64,000 bases of DNA, from positions 5,850,101 to 5,914,100 of the forward strand of contig NC_092677.1 in the NCBI RefSeq assembly GCF_964355755.1. Direction: 5' to 3'. The stretch comes from Antedon mediterranea (lineage: Eukaryota > Animalia > Echinodermata). A program made the translations under genes and the position numbers. This document shows positions 49,269-61,900 of the stretch, piece after piece; position 1 is the first letter of the stretch; each line of letters starts with the position of its first letter. The notes beneath the pieces were generated by a model. It was not told the DNA's origin. It did not search any database and saw nothing but the letters and a program-made list of their open reading frames with translations.

Positions 49269-50799
49269 TTTAACTAGGATTTTAATTCTAGTACTGTAGG
49301 TCATAAACAGATCTCTATCACATCTTCACTCAACCAATGGTTACATATTGTAAAACTGAATGATTATAAAAAACCACAGATCTGTTTATGAAAGCCGTTA
49401 AAAGCTCAATCACATTCTTAATGTCTTAATGTAACAAAAACATGGCAACATTACAATAAGCTGTGAACATACTGTAACAGGATAGTGAATGTGTCATCTT
49501 CCTATTCATTGCTTAATGATGAGAGTACATCGAATGAATGGAATTATCCATTCACCTGTTGTACACACAACATTATGTACGCACAATAAAGCAATGCATC
49601 ATGTGACAGACTATACTCTGTACAGTAATTGTGTAAACTGAAAATGACTCAGCTATTTATTTATTTGATAATGGCCACTACAGGAGAACCAATTTATTTG
49701 TACAGTACGTACATTCAATTCAAAATAACAATTATTTACTTCCTTTTAAGATTGAAACAATAATGGAATAGAAATAACAGATACAAATAACAATATGGGG
49801 GGAATTATAATAGGAAGAAGGCAGGATCCCAGAAAGATACAGAATCTTGAGTCGGGTCTGCCAATTGGACACATTGTATACAAGTATGAATGTATTTTTA
49901 AAAACGCGTTTTAAAAATTGCAGAATTTTACAGTGTATTTTCGGGGAATAATTTCGCCAGTGTAGCATAGCAAAAAGCTATACAAAACAACCTTCTTGCT
50001 ACACATTTCTACAATTGTGTAGCAAAAAATACGATAGAAAACTATGATTCTCGACTAAAAAATCAGTTTGATTCGCAATATTGCTAAACAAAATTTTAAA
50101 ATGAAATTTTTCCCTGATTTTGATGAACAGTTGCATACTTTTTTTACTGTCAACTCTGCAACTCATCAATTATCCTTAGCCGAAGCTAAGGGATAGCTAG
50201 CTTAGGCCTACACTCACTGGTTAGCCTAGGGGTCAGTGACAGCAATAATGTTCTGAAGTGAAATGTATGCCTAACTAGGCTACTACTACTAGTTTAGGCC
50301 TAGCTAGGCTCCGGCTAGTCTAGCGGCCTTAGCCTACAGTAGTTGCATAGGCTATATCTATGTGTGACAGTTCGATTTGAAAACGAGAACTATGGTCTAG
50401 GCTAGGCTAGGCCTAATACGAAAAGTGTGCCTTACATACAGCACAGACTGGTTCTTTGTAGGGTTTATTTAAAGTAGGGTAGGCATAGACCCAGGCCTCT
50501 CTCTAGTAGGCTTAGGCCTAGTAGCATACATGATACCGTACCCATCCATCTCCGTCCATACGGTTCAGTAGGTACCCGGTTCAGTATCTCGCTGTATTGT
50601 AAGGCTTAGTTTCAGGACAGGATGCCTGGATTCCCAGGATGCCTAACTAAACATAACAGCTAGGCATAGCCTCTAGACCTAGCTATAAAAGTAGCTTATA
50701 CATAGGCCTAGCTAAGTGTAACCATTAGTTATTCCTGTTCTCTGTTTTCAAGATCTAATGTCAGATATTATGAAACTTACAATGAAAATATTCTGCAAT

Positions 50800-51000
50800 G
50801 ATTTTTCGCAAATAATTTGATTTGTTGTTAGCGCCATATATTCTCTATTTGTTCTTTTTAAACAAGTGAGGGCGCTGTTTATTCTGTCGTATATGGCTGC
50901 TCTGTGTGTCGACGCGTCGTCAATGAGATGGTTTGTAGCGAAATAATTTCGCGCGAACATTCCTGAGTTCTGATTGGTTCAGCAACGTCGTTACGTTACA
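50800..51000 (-). promoter_or_regulatory. Putative CHEK1 promoter (E2F/CCAAT type)
   Basis: Canonical E2F site TTTCGCGC at 50947-50954, TTAGCGCC at ~50828, CCAAT (ATTGG at ~50973) and local CpG enrichment, 2 kb upstream of the ATG exon whose acceptor is at 48728-48729. Confidence 0.55.
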
Positions 51001-51069
51001 GAAATTAAATGAAAATATAAATACGCATGCATAGTTAGTCAGTGCTTTTGATTCGCGCACATAAATTTG

Positions 51070-52645
51070 CTGGGGCGGATCCAGAGGGGGGGTCCACGGG
51101 GTCCGGACCCCCCCTAAATTTTAAGGGTGCCCTTTTTTTAGAGGTTCAATATTTTATTCGTGTGACATATTTGTGTGTACAGAGTAGGCTACACTAACCC
51201 CAAAAATAAAAACAGAAATTTATCACAATGAGCGCGATGTTAAGTTACGGCGGCCGATCAAAGAGCATCGTGAGAGGTGGTGACGCGTGATGATCTCTAC
51301 TTAAACTTCTAAAAATAGATCGTTTCACATACTACAGAGGGCGCATGTAAACTTTTTACGATTCAACTCCGCGTACGTTACCATGCGCGATATGTCATTG
51401 ACGCGATTATTTGTCCATTGGTAAACACATTTTTATGTATTATTAGTCTGAAAATAATTGAACTGTAAACATAATTCTTTTGAGTATGTGTTTATTTACA
51501 TATCATTCCATCAGATCAACTATTTTTTATTTCCATTATATCCAACCAAACATGTAAAAAATGTAGTTAAAATATCGTACTATCTAGCGCGTACGACCAT
51601 ACGCGGTAGATTGTTTACTCAAAAATCATCGAACGGTCCTTACACTATTCAACCTCTCATGACCTGGGATTTGTTTGTCTTCCTACGCCAAGATAATATA
51701 GTTCTACAAGCCATGTGCTTTTTTCTCTGAGAAACATTTATTATAAGTGCCAAAAAAATGTTTTTTTTTTCTCGATATGAAGCCCTTATTATTCAAATCT
51801 TTTAAAGAAAAATCACACATACCATAAAGAAGGTTCATTTATTTCATTTTTGAAACAATATTTGTGAAAATTACGTGAGGCTCAACTACAAAACCACCAT
51901 TTTGTGATATGATGTCATCATAAGCCAATCAAAGCTGAGCTTTCCCGCGATCGGCAGAGCTCACGGTTGAATGATTTTGGATTCTGGCTATTTGATTGGT
52001 GGACGCAAATCACCCACAGCGGAATGTTTTCTCTCGCGTGTACCAAGAAGTCACGTGATTTCTCTGTACTGAACGGTACTACACAAATTTAGAGCAATGA
52101 ATTTGTACGAATTCCGTTAAATAAACAACTCTATATATTTTATAAACATTTAATAACATATTTTATTGATATTTCCAATGTTGATATATAAAAGAAATTA
52201 CTATAAAATGTAATTATATGTAATTATTTTAGCGAAAAATGGCGCAATTTGTTAACGTTCGTGGCTAAAAACGATCATTTTCGGCAATGTTTTAGACCCT
52301 ATATTTCGAAAACTACAAGTCAGATTTTCGTAATTCTTTCTTTATTGGAATATTGAAACAAAATACCAACAGATAATGTTTAAATTGGTTGAAAAATAAC
52401 AACTTTTAATTTTGCATCGTTATCCCTGCTAATAAAGTGTCATTTCCGGCGAACTAGAAAGGTGCCATTTATCATGGATTTTGCGTGCGAGAGTGCCATT
52501 TCCGGCCATCTAAGTGTGTCCTGTGACAAAATTCGCTTCGCCACAACCCCCACCATGGGGGGGCTGTGGCTCAAATACTCAATACCTGATGTGCCCTTTT
52601 TATCGGCGGACCCCCCCCTCTAAAAAATGTCTGGATCCGCCCCAG
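51070..52645. mobile_element. 1.6-kb non-autonomous TIR element (CTGGGGCGGATCCAG termini)
   Basis: Perfect TIR CTGGGGCGGATCCAGA / TCTGGATCCGCCCCAG, subterminal GGACCCCCCC and GTGCCCTTTTT motifs at both ends, and a direct flank ATTTG on both sides. No transposase ORF. Confidence 0.85.
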
Positions 52646-52984
52646 ATTTGATAGATAGACTCATCATTTACATCTGAGTTTTCCACCCAAATAAAAAGTT
52701 TAGTATAAAAAAAATACATGACCTTCATTACATATGGCCTACATATAAATTAAGTTGAAAAAACAATTGAAGCCATAATAGTCTTCGGGTGGGCTAAAGT
52801 GATTTATCCATTTTTGTATACTTTCAGTGCTTGTGTAGGCCTACTGGTACGCTTTATGGTGATCTTCCGATCTGTCGCCACTCCCGGTCCCACTTATGGC
52901 ACACTCTAAGGTACTACATGTGATGATATTGCATGTTGCTACTGATTAAAATAAAATGGGTAAATTTCAAATACCATCCCGGGC

Positions 52985-53881
52985 GCGATTTTTTTTTTCG
53001 TACATAAGTTGGGGACCCCCTCATGAAACGTCACAAAATAAACATGAATAATTCATCAGTTAAAATTTCTTGTTCCGTGTGCACCCAAGCGTATAGCAAC
53101 AAGAAGCGATTGCACAAGTGCGGTACGATTCTAGGCCTATCTCCGCAGCTGTTGTTGCGGCGTGCGATTTCATAGAAGAATAGCGGCGTTTTGTGTGGAT
53201 TGTCGAAATCTATTTAGTTTATGGTGTTTTTAATATAATTTATTACTAAAGAATTACGTGTTAAAATTATAGTTCTATTAATACTATTAGGCCTAATTAT
53301 TAGTCTCTAAACCCATGTCTATTCTAGTAGTAGCTGTGTGGTGTGTGACGTGTGTGTGTGTTAGGTATGACACAATCCGAGTAATAAGTCAGCAAAATTA
53401 AACAATAAACATTACACAAAAATACATTTTTTATTCTCGTGGGTCTAATCTTCCCATCTCATGTGTTCATATACGTGCATTTTTAAAGTTCCTTTGAGTA
53501 CATGCATATTGTTTGATAATAAAATAGCAGAATTAAAAAAATACAGTACACAAATTATACACATTCTTTATTCTTGTGGGTCTAAGCTTTCTTTGGGCTA
53601 TGTCCAATGAATTATTACTTAGTTTAATGTCTTGCTTAGCTGTCGATTAGCCTCGACTCGACACATTTCCTGTGAAGAAGAGTGCGCGAAGGCAATCACG
53701 CGAATTGACTTGGAATCCTAGGCCTACTGTAGAAAGTATTGTATCGCAGTTGTGTAATCACTTCGTGTTGCTATACGCTTGGGTGCACACGGAACAACAC
53801 ATTTAACTGATGAATTATTCATGTTTATTTTGTGACGTTTCATAAGGGGGTCCCCAACTTATGTACGAAAAAAAAAATCGC
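52985..53881. mobile_element. Mutator-like non-autonomous element with ~115-bp TIRs and perfect 9-bp TSD (ATCCCGGGC)
   Basis: Same outer TIR as 10704-11038, extended by GTTCCGTGTGCACCCAAGCGTATAGCAAC on both arms. TSD atcccgggc at 52976-52984 and 53882-53890. Confidence 0.9.
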
Positions 53882-54204
53882 ATCCCGGGCCGCCAAACCA
53901 GAACAAAGAGTAGGGATGACATTTATAAAAGAAAGGCAGGATAAAACATTTTCCAAATCCCATGTGAGAGATAAAGACAAAACACGTGAATCTGAAGGAA
54001 TGACTGGTTACATTCATTAATATTCCATCAACGTGATTGGTTTCACTAGCCTAGATACATGAACCCAAGAAGTCGAGAAATGCCCATTAGTTTGTTACTC
54101 TCGACATGTTTTATGTTATAATAGAACAATCCGTGTACTATCCGTTTGATATATTTTAAAAACAAACTACGACCAAACCTACATAGGCCTAAAAAACATC
54201 TTAA

Positions 54205-54544
54205 AGATGTATTGTCCCCGGGATTGTCCCCCAGTGAAAAAAATGTTGTTTTTTTGTTTGTTAAATATGCCATTTTACTGTCACATAGTTAGCCACAATT
54301 TGACGAAAAATTAGATCTAAACAAAATTATTTACCTGAAAAAACTGTAATTTAAAGCAAAAAATTGTCAAATTGGCTGCCAGCCAATGGATTTTTGCTTG
54401 AATTTAACCATATTATTATGTTATTTTTTATAGGCGAAACATTTTTTTTTCTACGGAAGTGATTAACTTTATTAAAATTATAAAATAACCTACTCAAAGT
54501 CTGATTTAAATAATTTTTTCATGATTTTGGGGGACAATACATAT
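54205..54544. mobile_element. Kolobok-like MITE (TTAA TSD)
   Basis: TTAA|AGATGTATTGTCCCC ... GGGGACAATACATAT|TTAA. A further right end GGGACAATACATCT lies at ~55081-55094. Confidence 0.7.
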
Positions 54545-54612
54545 TTAAGAAATAAAAATTATGTTAAAAAAAATGTTCAAACGGCGTCTCAAACAAACCA
54601 CGAATGTTTTAA

Positions 54613-54732
54613 AGCTCTTTTTACACTACCAAACTTTACGTGACAAAAAATGGACAGAATGACGTCAATATTTTGGCATATCACAGTTTTGGTCAATTAA
54701 TTTCAAATTAATTTGATACTGTAGTGTATAAA
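54613..54732. mobile_element. Degenerate Harbinger-like MITE, family B
   Basis: AGCTCTTTTTACACTACCAAACTTTACGTGACAAAAAATG..TAGTGTATAAAC. Confidence 0.5.
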
Positions 54733-55097
54733 CATGTATTAAGAAATAAGTTAGTTTAAAGTCAAACAACCACATACTGATTACCATATATGGCGTCACC
54801 ATCATTATTATATACATGAGTATTATACTTTTGGAACTTCAAGAAGACACGTTACCATAGGCCTAATTATTATCTTACAGAAAATTTAACATTTTTTGTT
54901 GTTGCTAAATATGTTATGTTAATGCCACATAATAGTTATTTACTAAGTTGACCAACACGTATTGGTTTTTAATTAATGTAACCTTTTTGTCTTTTATCAG
55001 GGATTTATTTCGGGTTTTTTTCCTGAGGAAGTGAACAACTTCATTAAACCTGCAAAATAACCTTTATTGTTTATGTTTTAGGGACAATACATCTTAA

Positions 55098-55256
55098 AGC
55101 CGATTTTCAACTAGGCGAATTTGTTCGCGCGAATCGAAGGCGTCAGCTAATACGCATGCGTAGAGAAGGATTTGGAAGACGTAAACATGAATACACATGC
55201 GTACAAGCTGGCGCGTTCGATTCGCGCGAACAAATTCGTCTAGTGGAAAATCGGCT
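55098..55256. mobile_element. Harbinger-like MITE, family C (CpG-rich palindrome)
   Basis: TAA|AGCCGATTTTCAACTAGGCGAATTTGTTCGCGCGAATCGAA ... TTCGATTCGCGCGAACAAATTCGTCTAGTGGAAAATCGGCT|TAA. Confidence 0.85.
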
Positions 55257-55921
55257 TAAGGCAAATTATGCAAGCGCGGTATTTTTCTTCGTTTCTTCTT
55301 CTTATATACACAAAGGACCTCACCATTGTAAAATCATGGATGAATTAAAACATTCTGGAGAAAGTCTGGTAGTGTTAATAGGCTTAAAAGGCAAAAGCAA
55401 TATGATTTTTTATTTCTTGCTGCTGTGGTATATAACGTTTCACACTATGTGACTCATTTCGAAGTTATATCTTCAACAGTAACGCAAAATATCCAGGGAA
55501 TATCCTAAAACCATCAATCCGCTATCATCCGATGTATTAGTTTGATATTCAAACAATATCATCACATACGGCCATCGAATAATAACTGCGTTGTTACGCT
55601 CCGCTGCAGAAATGCCTTTTTATGGAATCGGTCAGCGGGCAAAGATGTTTTTTATATCATTTCTATAGGAATTATGATTTACATAATTCTTCCGTTTAGG
55701 ATCAAATTCATTAAACGTCGTAACAACCACGTTACAATTGTGTTCGATAGCTAAAATTGCCTATAAATAATAAATGCTTGGATATCGTATCTCCTAAGTG
55801 TGTATTAAAGTGTGTGCACGCAATTAACTGTATCGGAGTATTCGGTTGATAGTCTGTCTGCTGCTGCTGCTAAATGCCCGGAGTTATCGCAGCGGCCTGT
55901 TCTGGTAGGCCTACATTAGAG

Positions 55922-58900
55922 ATGGCATGGACTTATATTTATGTTGTCATTTTCATGTTACGGGTAACATCAAGTAAGTATAATATATACATTTACAATG
56001 TTTTATTAATGCTACATTTCCATATGTTTTGTGATGATGTTCTATATTGATAAACAATCTACTATTTGCAATTGAACATGCTAAATATTGCATATCTGTT
56101 GTTGTTTCACAGGTAAAGTAATGTATTTATTCCTTAATCTTATATTGTAGTTTGTTTGAAACATAATTTAATCAATATCCCCCATTGAAGTTTAGATCGA
56201 ACTTTGATATTATATTTTAGCAGCAGCACCGTTTCGATAATTAATTTCTAGAATCATTGGCATTTTAATTACCACCCATGCGGTTGCTTGTGGCGCACGA
56301 ATAAAATGAATATTTTCCGAATTTCTATTCGTATAAATATTTGGAAAACATAGAAATATGAATGAATATAAAAAAAATTCAATTATTCTATATATTTATT
56401 CAATGTAATAATTATTCGTTTGCATTTAATAATAGCGATAATAATATAGAAACGATAAAATTGTTATGAATCATTATTTATGACTATACTAACCCTTTCA
56501 ATGATTGTAAATTTTATATCACAATATGATGTAATATAATAAAATGCAATATGTATTAAAACAATATGAATATATGATTAATAAAAAAACCAATTACTTT
56601 GTAACAAACTCTATTAATTACCAGTAATGTATAACTGTGTCATCACGATTCACGAGGACAAAGCAAGACTTGCTTAACTACATATTTTGATAGTATGCTT
56701 TGGATTAAAATACATTGTAAAGCTAAGAGTATTATATATAGTGCGGCATATTTATATCTTTGCATCGCTGCATAAATATATATTCATACATAATATTTAT
56801 TGGATGGTATGCGAGTTTATTGTCTATACACAAGGTTTTTTGTATTATGGTAAAACGTGCAAAGACAACGATGTGTTTAGATTTGAATGATACATTATCA
56901 TCTTGCCGGGCAATTTTGTTGAGAACATTTTAAAATTCAGAAAGAGGAATATTTAAAACTAGACGATACAATGAGAATATGCTAATTTATTTCTCCTGAA
57001 AATGTAGCCTTATGGATACTCAGAACGTATAAAAACCCGGTTGTTTTTTAAGTAGTCGGTGGGAATCAAATCCACGATCTTTAGAACATTTAGACTAGAA
57101 TCCTTTTCCTTTGAGCTCATAATTTACACACACTCGCTTTTATGTTTTTGAGATCGTACGCACATTATATTACCAATTCTGCCACCAAAACAAAAACAAG
57201 GTTTGTCGTAAATATACATAAATTTTAATAATGTTAATGCACTTCCCAGTAACTCATTTTGCGAATATTGTCCATTATTTTCAAGGCTCATTTAACTAAT
57301 GGACTGGACTCTGAAATGTAGTACTCCTTGATATAAGCAACACATCGGGACTCGAATGAATAACGATTCTGGTTTACCACCGTTACCCAGAAGGTAGTAG
57401 GCCTATTAGTTACTATAGTAGTAGTAGTAGTAACACAGTGTAGGCTAGCCCTATGGTTATATAGGGAATTCTGAAGGTGCTCAAGACAAGGTTAAGGATG
57501 AGAATACATAACAAAAACGATACTGTTCTCTGTAATCTGAATAATCTTTTTATGTTATAGATTTAAGTCATATTTTTGTATTTGTTTAAAATAAAATTCC
57601 CCACATTAGGCTATGTATAGTTTTTTTTTATTATTGTTTTTATGAACTTTAACTTTTTATACCGATTATAATATATAATGCTGTCGATCAAATACATGGA
57701 ATAAAATACCTCTTTTTCTTGCTTAGTTTGATAATACAACATAACTACATTATTATTTTGAGAAATCATGCCACCACACGGTCGTCGCTTATAGATACCG
57801 TCCTAATGATCATGAATTTATAATTAGTTATGCCTTTCAAACCTATTTATCAGTATCGTGTTTACCTTTTATCAGATATAATGTGGAAAAGATAAACGCA
57901 ATAGGTATCTTAGCTGTATTTTAAACTCAATTTGTATTTTTTGTGCCCTCTTTTAACTTTTTATATGACATCTTGTTCTCAGTTTTATGTGATTTTATTC
58001 TTGTTTACTGTTTGTGCGACAATGTTTTTAGACAATTTTAATGTGTGTACTTTCAGCCAAAGTTTCAAGCCATTCATGACTTTGACAATAAAGTTTATTG
58101 AATTGAATTGAATTGAATTGAATTGAATTGAATTGAATATATTATTTATTGTATAGACCTAATTAACATCTTTGTAATTGAACAGTTTGAATATTCAAGT
58201 TTTTGAAAAATCAGTTCATAACAACATTTTGACAACAGACATCAGATGTTTCCATTTTTTGTAAAGATTTTCTCAATCAGCAATATTGCTATCTTTATCT
58301 GTATATAAAAAAGTTATATCACAATATCCAATAATGATATCTTATTCAATTTCAGTTTTTATGTTTCAATTACTGTAAATAAATTTAAAACATATTAAAA
58401 TTCATTAGCTTATAAAACATCTGCCTATTTCTTTTTTGCTGAAACTTTTTACGAAGTTGTTTCATTGAATATTGAATAGAGATAGAAATTCATAATTTAT
58501 ATTATATTATTTTAAGAGTAGGAATATCGATGTAGAAAGAAGAACGATGTTCATAAATAATTATGAATAGTAATGATGAATAGTGAAGTCTATTAATACG
58601 TTGCCAACCCTGGGGAGTTTCAGATAATTAAAGAGATAACTCGATGATCCAAATCAGGAAGATCTCGATGGGTTTGGTAAACGAAGCAGAACATTGTTAA
58701 ATTCAGTAAGCCATACTCATAAAACGTATATTTTATTCACCTATAAATATGTCAATTGAAGAATGTAATTAGCGAAGTTGGTTGCAAGGTATATGTATGA
58801 AATGTGAATTTTTTTCTGATGACAGATATAACTTATATATATCATGTTTTTTTTTTAACGCATCTTTGGAAGATTTCAAGTAGACAGCTAGAACAAATTT

Positions 58901-61900
58901 GTTTCTGCTGTAAATGTAAAATATATTAATTTAATTTATTCTAACAATCACATTGCTGATTTCTGTTTGGTTTTTACACTAACTAGTGTTGTGATACAGT
59001 TTATGATACATTTGGTTGTCTCCACTGGTGTTTTCTCAGGAAATAGTTTTTTCAAACGAGAAAACTGAGGTATTCCTTTATTTTGTTTTTTCAATGTACA
59101 AGTGTCTGGTTTTTTAAACCTAACAGTATAATATTGTATAGGCTTTAACGGTCACATTTAGAGCTGGTCCACAAAAAATGTTCATCTACCATAAAAAAAG
59201 TGAATGTGTAAAATCTAACTTATCAAGTTAAAATATATACAAAAATGAAAAACGACAATAAAACCTATATAAGATTGGATAGCTGCAAAGAAAAGATTAT
59301 TGACGGAGGACAGAGACTTATAGTTAGTGGAATAGTTATTGCATTACAAGAATGCATAAATGCTATTTGTATTCGATACAATCTTAAGAGCGAAACGTTT
59401 CAGCAAGTATTCAATTCATAGCGTATGAAATGTCAATAATGATATTACTGGTATTTGTTTCAACACTATATGTAATACAACCGCCATTCCTGAATGCAAA
59501 ATATACTGCGTTTCTCAAGCACTCCCACGGGCACAGTTCTTTCTAATTGCTTTTTGATGAATTGACCATTGATAGCATACATACACCTCGACTTTAATCT
59601 TCTTCAAACTCTCAAGGGGTATCCCGTGGACACAAATCTACAACATTTTCTCCCTAGGGTGATATTCTTTAACTTGAGGAAATTGCGTTTTAACACGAAT
59701 GTTAAATTCTACGCGTTGACGTAACGATTATTACGCGTACTTGACCCAAAGGTGTTTAACGTACGGTTCACTAACCTTTAAAAACTGAACAAGCATAATT
59801 TTCCACAGATCTCAATACTACAGAACAGTAAATGTCATAATTTATTTTTATTTCAGAAACAATTTGTTAAATGCACTTCACCTAGTCTCAGAGTTCAGAT
59901 TGAAGCTTGGTTTTTACCATGCAGGGGATGACATTCTCACTGACCGTATTCACTTATAGACTAATAAAAAACTATCCTTAAATATTAAACATTGCTTTAA
60001 AAGTGTAACCGTTAAAAACAACCTCTGATGAAAACTTAATTTAAAATCCCTTTCCAAAATTTCCCTATACTGTATGACGCTATCCGAATAACATATACAA
60101 GTACTTCAGATATGCATATTAGTTAGTTAACAATAAGATAACTAATGTATCTTTCGAATACGTATGTATTAGTGACTAGTAAACAACTGAATAATGTAAA
60201 GTCACGGTTATCTATCCACAATATTTCATTAATGTCTGTTAAAATATATTTTTACTCTCAACACCTTTGAATTCAAATTGCAGAATCGTCTTACTTTTTG
60301 AGACGCTGTTCGCTGCATAAACAGGCAAATTAATCTGAATTGACATCCTTTGACTCTCCGTGTCCCAGTTTTTTTTTATTTTGATGATCTATCATTTTAT
60401 CTCCGTGTGAACGCACGTCAGGTTATAAACTTAAGTTTGTCTGATGTGTGTCAATGGAGTATCTAGATGTTAATGTAAGCTACGATGCATATTTTTACAT
60501 GAAGTGATGAGTGCTGCCATATATTATGAACCTATTTCGATATCAAGAGATCAACAAAGCGAGTGAGTGTACTAGCCGTTAAGATACTAGAAGCTTGCCA
60601 TATTAATATCGGCAAGGGTTCGAGCCTCACTCGCTTCATAGTTCTGGTGGTAGAACGAGTATTTTTGGATAAGGGCTATAAACCGTAGGTCCAGTGTACA
60701 CATCTGGCTCATGTGCACTTTAAAGACCTAGTACATCTTCCGAGAAGAAGTAAGGGGTTACCCCGGTTTAGGCCTACTAGTATACACACAGCCACTGGCA
60801 CACATACACGTATCATAACTCATTAAGAGGGGCCCCTTGATTGTCAGCACGCTCTCTATGGTCACCCTATATAAATAAGATAAACTGAAACGAAAAAAAA
60901 AACTGTACGAAGAAAATTAATTTCAATTAGATTAGTTTATAGTAGGAATGAGAAAATATTGATTGTGTTTAATTAGATACAACAATGTTAAATAAATTGT
61001 ATGCGGAAAACGTTTAGATATTGATGTTTCTGAGACGGCTTACATTTCGTGACCTATACCATCGTGACCCCGTGCTTCATCGTAAATAAGTATACTTATC
61101 AAAAATGTGTCATCCTATTATTATTGCTTATAAATGCAAATATTGGAGCAAACTAAATAAGTTTAAATAATAATTGAAAAGGTTAGAAGAACAATTAATA
61201 TTCACTGTGGATAACAATAGAGAAGAAGAATGATTACCAAATTATTATGCAGACATAGATATGTTACATTTGATGATTTCGATTGATAATTGTGGTTGGT
61301 ATACGTTTAGGTGTTTTTCCTGAAAAAGTTTATTGGAGCTGAGAAAAAAAATGCGATAGGAAACTTTTCGTTAAAGATAGGCCAGAAAGAGATAATTGAG
61401 GTTTATAAGTTAATATAATTAACAAAATAATTAATAAATAATATTAAATATGTAGTAGTTTTATGGATGGGCATGTTGCTGGTCATCAACAGACGCTTTA
61501 TTGCCAGACATGATTATAGTCAAACTTGTTAATTGTTTAGAGGACAGCAATGATGTACGTTCTCTTGCTTTGCAGGTCATGACATTGTTGTGGGCACTAC
61601 CGTTCTTCCTCTGCTAGACGACCGGTGCATCAATATGGTTTCTATGAGCATGTCCCCGGGTGTTATAACACAAGATGGCATGGTACAGCAAATGAGAGAT
61701 AACTGTGTGGATGGAATGGCTAACTTTAATAAAACAGATACAAATGTTACCAAAACAGTAAATGGTAAGAACCACTAATTTGGTATCTTAAGAGAATAAT
61801 TATTGTTGTCGTGTTTTTAGCTTAAAGAGGAAAGTCCAAAGCTGCTGCAGTATTAAAAGGTAACACAGAATAAATCTTTATAAATACGTTACTTTTTCAA

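Noticed and set aside
57286-57393. Possible extra exon of the second Ig gene, faintly Eph-like (VVLLDISNTSGLE)
   Set aside because: Stops occur in all frames compatible with the flanking phase-1 exons, and the gene model is in frame without it.
58624-58706. Neuropeptide-like ..DLDGFGKR.. string
   Set aside because: In-frame stop immediately upstream, single occurrence, no precursor context; likely chance.
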